Notes under the pieces: model-generated
Database searches by the model: none
What the model was told of the DNA's origin: nothing
The model's input: only the letters and a program-made list of their open reading frames with translations
Shown here: positions 8,634 to 15,930 of the stretch, in pieces
Position numbering within the stretch: position 1 is the first letter of the stretch
How the letters are laid out: each line of letters begins with the position of its first letter
Program-made: the position numbers and the translations under genes
Origin: Verrucomicrobiia bacterium
GTDB taxonomy: Bacteria; Verrucomicrobiota; Verrucomicrobiia; Verrucomicrobiales; Akkermansiaceae
Direction of reading: 5' to 3'
Length of the DNA stretch: 48,152 nt
NCBI GenBank assembly: GCA_947460915.1
Contig: CANHKJ010000001.1
Location: forward strand, 1 to 48,152

Positions 8634-9329
8634 ATGGGCATTCACATGGGCTACCTCCTTGTCATGGGTGGTACAATGTTGCTAAGCTTTTTGATATCTT
8701 CGACGCTCAAGCGGCGGTTTCATGAGTATTCACAGATTCCGCTGCGCATTACGGGTGCTCAAGTCGCAGAGATGATGTTGCGGCAAAATGGAATTCACGA
8801 CGTCAAGGTGATGCACACGCCAGGACACCTGACGGACCACTATGATCCGACGAATAAGACGGTGAACTTAAGCGAGTCAGTGTATCACCAAAACAGTGTT
8901 GCAGCGGCAGCTGTTGCAGCCCATGAGTGCGGCCACGCAGTTCAGCATCAAACGGCTTATGCTTGGCTGGGTTTCCGCTCACGGATGGTGCCGATGGTCA
9001 ACATTGCAAGCCAGTTAATGAATGTTGTGATGCTTCTGGGCGTGGTTGGCATGTTTGCACTTGGCAATGGCGCGCTGATCTGGGTGATTGTCGCCTGCCT
9101 TGGTGTCACTACTGCCTTTGCTTTGGTGACATTACCTGTGGAGTTCGATGCGAGTCGACGTGCGATGGTATGGCTGGAAAGCAGTGGTCTGGCCAATAGT
9201 ATGGAGCATGATCGGGCGAAAAATGCACTTTTTTGGGCTGCCATGACTTATGTGGCTGGCGCTATTGGCTCAGCTGCGATGCTAGTCTACTACCTCATGC
9301 AAGTTATGGGTGCTCGTCGCGAGGAGTAA
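8634..9329 (+). CDS. YugP-family putative neutral zinc metallopeptidase (membrane-associated)
   Basis: HECGHAVQH zinc motif, plus LTDHYDPTNKTVNLSE and hydrophobic N- and C-terminal segments, as in B. subtilis YugP. The start at 8634 (MGIHMGYLL...) aligns with the YugP N-terminus. The ORF is open from 8565. Confidence 0.85.
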   Translation: MGIHMGYLLVMGGTMLLSFLISSTLKRRFHEYSQIPLRITGAQVAEMMLRQNGIHDVKVMHTPGHLTDHYDPTNKTVNLSESVYHQNSVAAAAVAAHECGHAVQHQTAYAWLGFRSRMVPMVNIASQLMNVVMLLGVVGMFALGNGALIWVIVACLGVTTAFALVTLPVEFDASRRAMVWLESSGLANSMEHDRAKNALFWAAMTYVAGAIGSAAMLVYYLMQVMGARREE

Positions 9330-9334
9330 TCCAA

Positions 9335-9362
9335 CCGTTTCGCTTCCTAACGGATGTTTTTT
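9335..9362 (+). terminator. Weak intrinsic terminator candidate (CCGTT-loop-AACGG followed by TTTTTT)
   Basis: 5 bp stem at 9335-9339 / 9349-9353 and a T-run at 9357-9362, directly after the stop at 9329. The stem is short. Confidence 0.3.
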
Positions 9363-9403
9363 CTTGGCACTCTCGATATGCTGTGCTATGAAATTCGCCG
9401 AGG

Positions 9404-10873
9404 ATGCGAAACTTTTTACAGAATCCAGCGTGGACGGAAGAAGACTTGGGCATCGCTCTACCTGACTCACTTCATGCAGTATCAGTCTGCTTGCCTACAT
9501 GGAAAGCGATTGTCGATTACGAAGAGGGGCGAGATCGTGTGGTGCGCAAGATGAGATTGGGCTATCCACGTTTTTTTCGCCATCCTGCCGTCGAGAGGTT
9601 GTTTGAAGTGGCACGAAAGGAGTTGGCTGTGGACGGGCAAAATGTGGTAATTTTTCCCTCTCGCGTCTCTGCTCAACGTGCCCAGCGTTACGTAGAAAGA
9701 CGTGCGGAAGTGGCGACACGCATCGCGAGTTTCCATGGATTACAAGCTTTGATTGTCCCTGAAAAAGCAGCGCAAACAGCTGTCGATTACTGGAGGTTTT
9801 CGGGCGAAGTTGTGAGCAGTCGTCAGGCAATTGACATACTCGATGGCAATACGCCTCCTTCTGGCAGATCGAAAATTCTACGCGCTAAGATTGGTCGGAT
9901 CGTGGGTGCTGGCAAGGATCAAATTTTTGTGTTTGCTAGTGGTATGGCCGCATGCACCTCAGTATTGCGTAGCTTACCTGGTTTGCGCATGGGAAAGAAA
10001 ACGTTGCAGATTGAGTTCCCGTATGTCGATTGCCTGAAAGTGCAGGAAATGTTCGGTAATGGCGTGGTTTTCCTTAACGAGGGATCGGGTGAATCGCTCG
10101 ATGAGGCCATCCATCGGATCAGACAGGGAGAATTTGCCGGTGTCTTTTTGGAGGTGCCTAGCAATCCATTACTGCGCACAGTGAATCTCACACGTGTGGC
10201 TGAGGCATGTCGTGCCGGAAGTACGCCTCTGATCATCGATGACTCTACGGCATGCCCTGGCAACATTGATGTACTGCGTTTTGCTGATGTGGTAACGACG
10301 AGTCTCACGAAGTGGATCTCTGGCTCAGGTGATGTGATGGCGGGCATGGCTGTGGTGCGGGAAGACAGCCCATTTAATGCGGATTTTTCCGTCGCACTGG
10401 CTGGAGAAGTATCCGAATGCGCCCCACTATATGCCGCAGACAGTCTTGCCCTTTTGGCGAATCTGAAAGAAAATGAATCGCTTTGGAAAGCGGCGAACGA
10501 ATCTGGCCTAGCTCTCGCCCAGATGCTGGCGGTTCATCCTTCAGTGGAAAAGGTATGGCATCCCTCGTTGACTTGCCGCGCAGAGTATGATGCCATTCGC
10601 AAGCCTGACGGCGGATATGGTGGCCTGCTCTCTTTTGTTTTGAAGTCGCCGAAAAAAACGGCGAAACTCTATGACACACTTCCTTTTTCTAAGGGGCCTA
10701 GTTTTGCCACTCCTTTCACTTTGATTTGTCCCTACGTATTGCTCGCGCACTATCGTGAGCTCCCGTGGGCCGAAGGATGTGGCGTGCCGGCGCATTTGAT
10801 TCGTGTAAGCTTGGGTATGGAAGGCTCTGAGGAAATCTGCAAGGCGTTTGCTGAGGCACTGGATTCACTGTAA
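9404..10873 (+). CDS. PLP-dependent Cys/Met-metabolism family enzyme (cystathionine gamma-synthase-like) with a long N-terminal domain
   Basis: 489 aa. The segment VVTTSLTKWISGSGDVMAG contains the PLP-lysine context of the family, and DDSTACPGN and GYPRF are present. The architecture resembles long-form cystathionine gamma-synthase-like proteins. Confidence 0.75.
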   Translation: MRNFLQNPAWTEEDLGIALPDSLHAVSVCLPTWKAIVDYEEGRDRVVRKMRLGYPRFFRHPAVERLFEVARKELAVDGQNVVIFPSRVSAQRAQRYVERRAEVATRIASFHGLQALIVPEKAAQTAVDYWRFSGEVVSSRQAIDILDGNTPPSGRSKILRAKIGRIVGAGKDQIFVFASGMAACTSVLRSLPGLRMGKKTLQIEFPYVDCLKVQEMFGNGVVFLNEGSGESLDEAIHRIRQGEFAGVFLEVPSNPLLRTVNLTRVAEACRAGSTPLIIDDSTACPGNIDVLRFADVVTTSLTKWISGSGDVMAGMAVVREDSPFNADFSVALAGEVSECAPLYAADSLALLANLKENESLWKAANESGLALAQMLAVHPSVEKVWHPSLTCRAEYDAIRKPDGGYGGLLSFVLKSPKKTAKLYDTLPFSKGPSFATPFTLICPYVLLAHYRELPWAEGCGVPAHLIRVSLGMEGSEEICKAFAEALDSL

Positions 10874-10967
10874 ACTTGAGATTGTCATCTTGCGCAAATT
10901 CACATGTTTTTTACGCAAAGTCTCATATACAAATCCGTGTTCTGGATGTAGCTTTATTCCACCTCGC

Positions 10968-11204
10968 ATGAACGCTATTGCAACAACCCAGTTTTCCAAG
11001 CTGTCACTTCGTGTAAATGAAACAAACGAAAACCATCACCTGTGGAATAATCGTGGTGTTTGGTGGTGCCATCTCACGATTCATCAGGCCGATGCTACGG
11101 CGAAACGCTTACGTTTTTCACTAAAAACGCGAGAAATTGAAAAGGCTCGCGAGCGCCGTGATCGGATTTTTCAAAAGCTCGAAACGTTGCAAATTGCGGT
11201 TTGA
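10968..11204 (+). CDS. Small basic Trp/His-rich protein, paralog A (78 aa). Possible free-standing arm-type DNA-binding module
   Basis: ATG at 10968. The core NENHHLWNNRGVWWCHLTIHQADATAKRLRFSLKTREIEKARERRDRIFQKL is shared with 11534..11758. Differences between the two copies are mostly synonymous or conservative. Confidence 0.6.
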   Translation: MNAIATTQFSKLSLRVNETNENHHLWNNRGVWWCHLTIHQADATAKRLRFSLKTREIEKARERRDRIFQKLETLQIAV

Positions 11205-11533
11205 TTTCCTGTTACGTTACGCGGGATCATTAGCCCTTGTGACTGTCGTCTGCTCTGCTTTCTAGGTGGATCATTTGCCGTGTGATTGGACCATTGAATA
11301 GAATGTTAAAGTTGGATGTGTTTGAGAATTTTTCACACTCGGATCTTTTTACATGCGGCGCTAATACTTAATCTGTCTACTATTTGGCCTTGTGCTACTT
11401 TTTGTTTTCCTGCATTAAATGTTTTTTTCTCACGATCAAAACGGCATTTTAATTTGTACTATAAATTGACTCTGTACTCTTTTTTGTATTTTTTTGTTGC
11501 ACTTGTCATACAGAAACGTCAAATTCGTCGCGC

Positions 11534-11758
11534 ATGAAAAAAACTGCAACAGTCGTGATGAAGATCAACGATGGAAATGAAAACCATCATCTTTGGAACA
11601 ATCGTGGAATCTGGTGGTGCCATGTGACGATTCACAAGGCTGATGCGACATCAGAGCGGATGCGTTTTTCTCTCAAGACGAAGGACGTCGAGAAAGCGCG
11701 TGAACGCCGAGATCGAATCTTTAAGAAGATCGCTGAGGTATACGACATTGCAGCGTAA
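11534..11758 (+). CDS. Small basic Trp/His-rich protein, paralog B (74 aa)
   Basis: Core NENHHLWNNRGIWWCHVTIHKADATSERMRFSLKTKDVEKARERRDRIFKKI. Followed by a hairpin plus T-run terminator. Confidence 0.65.
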   Translation: MKKTATVVMKINDGNENHHLWNNRGIWWCHVTIHKADATSERMRFSLKTKDVEKARERRDRIFKKIAEVYDIAA

Positions 11759-11784
11759 AAGCTCGAAGTGTTTTTTAATAAAAT

Positions 11785-11827
11785 AGCGCTAAAGGGAGTA
11801 ATCTTGCTTCTTTTAGCGTTTTTTTTT
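11785..11827 (+). terminator. Intrinsic terminator candidate after small paralog B
   Basis: AGCGCTAAAG (11785-11794) pairs imperfectly with CTTTTAGCGT (11810-11819) and is followed by a run of about 9 T. Confidence 0.5.
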
Positions 11828-11954
11828 ATAAAAACGAAATCGGCGCGTGCTAAATTGTAAACTTTTCTTGCCAAGTTGGCACAGGCTAGTCTAGCCTGAC
11901 GACGTCGTTCGGAGCCTTCTGCTCCCAGCGCGAATCAACCGAGCAAAAACGATT

Positions 11955-13631
11955 GTGGGATTTTGGGATGCTTTCAAACGATGGAGATTGGCTCAAAAGG
12001 GGCTGTCTTCGGGAAAAAAACGTCGGGTGTATGATGCGGAAGAGCGCATCTCATCGGTGCTAGGCAATGCCCGTTGGATCCACTGGTTGCTGTCTGCTGT
12101 TTTTGTGATTTGCTTTACCCTGCTAGTTGTAAATCAAGAGCCGTCATCGACTTTGGCTGGCCAAGAGGCAAAATCGGCCTGTGCCGCCATTGCTCTCTCG
12201 CTAACAGCGTTGGTAATGATCCGGATCAATCATCGTGAGTTACTGCGCAAAAATGGCGTGCTTTTGCTGTTATTAGGTGGTGTATTGTTGCAAGTTGTTC
12301 TGGTGCGTTTGATTTCCTATTGGGTCGACCTCAATGGAATGCAAGTGCAGTATAAGCTCCTATTGATTCCCTTTGCGCTGGCGCCGATGGTGCACTCGGT
12401 TTTGTTGGGACGAAGGGCCGGTACGTTTAGCGCGGTATTTGTTAGCATGGCGGGCACTTTGTTGGTTCCATCTGATGAAGTGATCGTTTATTTAATCATG
12501 AGTTTGGCGTGTGGCATTGCGGTGGTGATGCTTACGAGTCGTGTACGCAAACGAGTGCAGTTGTTACGCGCGGGTATTTATGCAGGTGCGCTAGCGCTGT
12601 TGTTTACGATTCTATTTGGCAAGGTGTTGCATTTGGATCGCATGCCGCAGACGACACAGATTATGTCGGACGGTACGATGTTTGTCGTCGCATTCTCGGT
12701 CGGCTTCATTACTGCCCTGATTGTGAGTGGGTTACTTCCTTTGCTTGAGGGGGCGTTTTCTTTGACTACCAACATCAGTTGGCTGGAGTTGGCCGACCTG
12801 AATCATCCGCTGCTTAAGCAAATGCAGCTCAACGCTCCGGGCACCTTTCATCATAGTTTAGTGGTGGCATCGTTGGCTGAATCAGCGGCAGAGGCAATTG
12901 GGGCTAATGCTGTATTGTGTCGGGCGAGCGCTTATTTTCATGATGTCGGGAAATTGAAAAAACCAGAATACTTCATCGAGAATCAATCTGAAGGGATGGA
13001 AAATCCGCATGACCTCTTGACTCCGACGATGAGCGCCTTGGTGATCATTGCCCATGTGAAAGATGGGGTGGACATGGCCCTGAAGCATAAACTCAATCCA
13101 AGAATCATCGATGCCATTCTGGAGCACCATGGTGACTCGATGGTGTATTACTTCTATCGCAAAGCGCAGGAGCAAAAAGCACTCGAACAAGATAAAGTGG
13201 GTAGGGGATTAGAGAATGTGGAAGATTTGCCGCAGATCGACGACAAAAACTTTCGTTACCCAGGCCCCCGTCCGAGGTCAAAGGAGACTGGGATTTTAAG
13301 CTTAGCAGATGCAATCGAAAGCGCTTCCCGTAGTCTGAAAAAACCCAATCCAATTAAGATTCGCGGGCTAGTCGATGATATCGTGAAGTCGCGGTGGAAT
13401 GATGGTCAGTTGGATGATTGCGCTCTTACATTACGCGATCTGACGCGGGTTAAGGAAAGCTTTGCTGCGACCCTACGCAGCATGATGCATAGTCGTATCA
13501 GTTACAATAAATCGGAAGAGGGTAGTGATCGTAAGTCCTCTGGTGGAAATAGTGTTGGAGATTCTACCATGGGACGTCAAATATTACCTCCTTCTTCGCC
13601 TGGTCCGGCCTCTGATGTTTCTCCATTATGA
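11955..13631 (+). CDS. HDIG-domain polytopic membrane protein (YqfF/PgpH family, 7TM plus HD phosphohydrolase)
   Basis: Multiple TM segments, then HHSLVVASLAESAAEAIGANAVLCRASAYFHDVGKL and EHHG (HD/HDIG motifs). GTG start at 11955. Conserved position immediately upstream of ybeY with a 4 nt overlap. Confidence 0.85.
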   Translation: MGFWDAFKRWRLAQKGLSSGKKRRVYDAEERISSVLGNARWIHWLLSAVFVICFTLLVVNQEPSSTLAGQEAKSACAAIALSLTALVMIRINHRELLRKNGVLLLLLGGVLLQVVLVRLISYWVDLNGMQVQYKLLLIPFALAPMVHSVLLGRRAGTFSAVFVSMAGTLLVPSDEVIVYLIMSLACGIAVVMLTSRVRKRVQLLRAGIYAGALALLFTILFGKVLHLDRMPQTTQIMSDGTMFVVAFSVGFITALIVSGLLPLLEGAFSLTTNISWLELADLNHPLLKQMQLNAPGTFHHSLVVASLAESAAEAIGANAVLCRASAYFHDVGKLKKPEYFIENQSEGMENPHDLLTPTMSALVIIAHVKDGVDMALKHKLNPRIIDAILEHHGDSMVYYFYRKAQEQKALEQDKVGRGLENVEDLPQIDDKNFRYPGPRPRSKETGILSLADAIESASRSLKKPNPIKIRGLVDDIVKSRWNDGQLDDCALTLRDLTRVKESFAATLRSMMHSRISYNKSEEGSDRKSSGGNSVGDSTMGRQILPPSSPGPASDVSPL

Positions 13632-14101
13632 GGCTTCACATTGCAATTGATGTTCAAAATCACCAAGCAGAAATTGATTTATCTGCTGGGGTAATTGCCT
13701 TGTTGCATGCTGCGGCACAAGATGCATGGCGCGAACTCGAGCGCGTGAAGCTTTCGGCAAATTCGGTGGATGAGCTCGATGCACTGGACATCGCAATGGT
13801 CGATCGCGTGGAATCGGATCGTGTGCACCGTGAGTTTATGGACATCGCTGGTGCTACAGATGTCATTACATTTCATCATGGTGAATTGCTGATTTGTCCT
13901 GATATTGCAAGTAGTCAAGCTGTTGAGTATGGTGAGCCAGTTTTGCGTGAATTACTCAGATACCTGGTTCATGGGATGTTGCACTTAGCGGGTTATCATG
14001 ATGCAGAGGCAGATGATAGGTCATGCATGGAGGCCGTGCAGGAGTGCATGGTGGCCAGTTTGTGGGTGCGTCATTTTGGGCATGAATACGAGGGTAAATG
14101 A
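13628..14101 (+). CDS. ybeY: rRNA maturation endoribonuclease YbeY
   Basis: 157 aa with the zinc motif HGMLHLAGYHD. ATGA overlap with the upstream HD-membrane gene, the common arrangement. Confidence 0.92.
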   Translation: MRLHIAIDVQNHQAEIDLSAGVIALLHAAAQDAWRELERVKLSANSVDELDALDIAMVDRVESDRVHREFMDIAGATDVITFHHGELLICPDIASSQAVEYGEPVLRELLRYLVHGMLHLAGYHDAEADDRSCMEAVQECMVASLWVRHFGHEYEGK

Positions 14102-14253
14102 GCGCGAAACGGGGAAAATGCACTTTTTTGCAGAAAATTTCACTTTTTTTTCATTTCATGCTTGCCAGAGGTTGAATCTCTGGTATCAACGCCGCCCCGC
14201 AACGCATCACCAACGTGCTGCATGCGCATTTAACGCGAATCTACGCAAACATC

Positions 14254-14622
14254 ATGGCCCGCATTTTCGGTATAGAAATTCCAAATGAGAAGCGCATCGA
14301 AGCTTCTCTTCCCTTCATTTATGGTATCGGTCGCCCGACAGCCACTAAAATCCTTGAGCAAGCCGGGATTGATCCCGATATCCGCACAGGACAGCTTTCC
14401 GAGGAACAACTCGTGAAAATCGCTCAAGCGATCCAGAGCAATGGCATTGCGATCGAAGGTGACCTTCGTCGTGAGCGTCAGGTTTCTCTGAAGCGCCTGA
14501 CATCCATCAATTGCCATCGTGGCATCCGTCACAAGCGTGGTTTGCCCGTTCGCGGTCAGCGCACCCGCACCAATGCTCGCACCCGCAAAGGTAAGAAGAA
14601 AACCGTTGGTGTTAAAAAATAA
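14254..14622 (+). CDS. rpsM: 30S ribosomal protein S13
   Basis: [35 protein letters not shown]...[19 protein letters not shown]. The ATG at 14254 gives the canonical length. Confidence 0.97.
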   Translation: MARIFGIEIPNEKRIEASLPFIYGIGRPTATKILEQAGIDPDIRTGQLSEEQLVKIAQAIQSNGIAIEGDLRRERQVSLKRLTSINCHRGIRHKRGLPVRGQRTRTNARTRKGKKKTVGVKK

Positions 14623-14638
14623 TTAGATCTTGATTACT

Positions 14639-15166
14639 ATGTCCGAGGAAAACAACAATTCGATTGAACCACAAGCCGACGCAGTAGCAGAAGCTCCAGT
14701 CGCAGCACCAGCCGCCGAGGTTGTTGCTCCGAAAAAAGATGAGCGTCGCGATATTTTCGCTGAAATCGCCGGTGGCGAAGAGCAGGTGATTAAAATTCAC
14801 AAAGCGAAGGGCTCCAAAAACATTGCTAAAGGCATTGTTCACGTCACTTCAACTTTCAACAATACTCTCGTTTCCGTCACTGACGCCTTGGGCAATGCTC
14901 TTGGCTGGTCCAGCGCTGGTAAGATGGGTTTCAAAGGTTCCCGTAAGAGCACGGCTTATGCCGCTCAAGTGGTTTGCCAAGATGCCTGCCGCCAAGCGAT
15001 GGGTCACGGTCTCCGTGAAGCTGAAGTCCGCGTTAAGGGCCCAGGTTCAGGTCGTGAGTCCGCTGTCCGTGCCGTGCAAACCATTGGCATTGAAATCATC
15101 TCGATCGACGACGTGACACCCGTTCCACACAACGGTTGCCGCCCTAAGAAAGCTCGTCGCGTCTAA
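14639..15166 (+). CDS. rpsK: 30S ribosomal protein S11 (start uncertain: the ATG at 14639 adds an acidic Ala/Pro-rich extension of about 49 aa; the in-frame GTG at 14786 gives a canonical-length protein)
   Basis: Core [46 protein letters not shown]...[17 protein letters not shown]. Confidence 0.93.
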   Translation: MSEENNNSIEPQADAVAEAPVAAPAAEVVAPKKDERRDIFAEIAGGEEQVIKIHKAKGSKNIAKGIVHVTSTFNNTLVSVTDALGNALGWSSAGKMGFKGSRKSTAYAAQVVCQDACRQAMGHGLREAEVRVKGPGSGRESAVRAVQTIGIEIISIDDVTPVPHNGCRPKKARRV

Positions 15167-15193
15167 TTTTACATACATACTACTCACAAGATC

Positions 15194-15805
15194 ATGGCAC
15201 GTTATACAGGTCCACGCACACGAATCAGCCGCCGCTTCGGTGTGCCTTTGTTTGGTTCGAACAAATCACTCGAGCGTCGCAACTTCCCACCCGGTCAGCA
15301 TGGCATCCGCGCTGGTCGTAAGAAGAAGAGCGAATACTCGGTAGCTCTTGGCGAGAAGCAAAAGCTTCGTTTCCAATACGGCGTATTGGAAAAACAATTC
15401 CGCGGTTACTACGAAGAGGCTGCTCGCCGTCGTGGTATCACCGGTGAAATCATTCTTCAATTGCTTGAGCTCCGTCTCGATAATGTTTGCTACCGCCTCG
15501 GCTTCGGCAACTCTCGTCAGGCAGCTCGTCAGCTCGTCAATCACGGTCACGTTCTGGTGAACGGTCACGTTGTTGACATTGCAAGCTATCAGTGCAAAGC
15601 AGGTGATGTGATCAAACTTGGCGCTAAGCCATCTTCACAACAACTCGGTCTGCGCATGCTTGATTTGACACAAGCCGTACCATTGGTTGACTGGTTGACT
15701 CTGGATCGTTCCAATCTCACTGGCACCATTTCTCGCGTGCCTGAGCGTTCGGACGTAGATCCAATGGTCAATGAGCAGTTGATCGTGGAGCTTTACTCTC
15801 GCTAA
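15194..15805 (+). CDS. rpsD: 30S ribosomal protein S4
   Basis: MARYTGPRTRISRRFGVPLF...EKQKLRFQYGVLEKQFR...S4 domain. 203 aa. Confidence 0.97.
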   Translation: MARYTGPRTRISRRFGVPLFGSNKSLERRNFPPGQHGIRAGRKKKSEYSVALGEKQKLRFQYGVLEKQFRGYYEEAARRRGITGEIILQLLELRLDNVCYRLGFGNSRQAARQLVNHGHVLVNGHVVDIASYQCKAGDVIKLGAKPSSQQLGLRMLDLTQAVPLVDWLTLDRSNLTGTISRVPERSDVDPMVNEQLIVELYSR

Positions 15806-15833
15806 TCGCAGCGCTCGCGCTCGATGCAAAAAA

Positions 15834-15863
15834 ACCTCGTGGCTTACGCTGCGAGGTTTTTTT
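15834..15863. terminator. Bidirectional intrinsic terminator between the convergent genes rpsD and ppc
   Basis: ACCTCG (15834-15839) pairs with CGAGGT (15852-15857). An A-run lies on the left and a T-run (15857-15863) on the right, so a hairpin plus U-tract forms on either strand. Confidence 0.7.
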
Positions 15864-15930
15864 GTGGGCTGATGATAAGGATTAAAATCAACATCATCAG
15901 CAAGAGGGCGTCATTTGTCGTGCTAGCAGA

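Noticed and set aside
11877-11897. Sigma54 promoter (TGGCAC at 11877-11882)
   Set aside because: The required GC of the -12 element (TTGC) would have to sit 12 nt after the GG. The bases there are t and c, with no TTGC nearby, so the spacing fails.
10874-11954. Integrated mobile element or prophage remnant around the small arm-domain-like genes
   Set aside because: There is no recombinase catalytic motif (R..H.xR..Y) in any frame, no tRNA or tmRNA target, and no flanking direct repeats that I could find. Both small genes look intact and under selection.
14115-14130. 16-nt exact match AAAATGCACTTTTTTG shared with 9220-9235
   Set aside because: One copy is inside the YugP-like coding sequence and the other is intergenic. 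The sequence is A/T-run dominated, and a single 16-mer match is roughly what chance allows in a window this size. There is no extended similarity around it.
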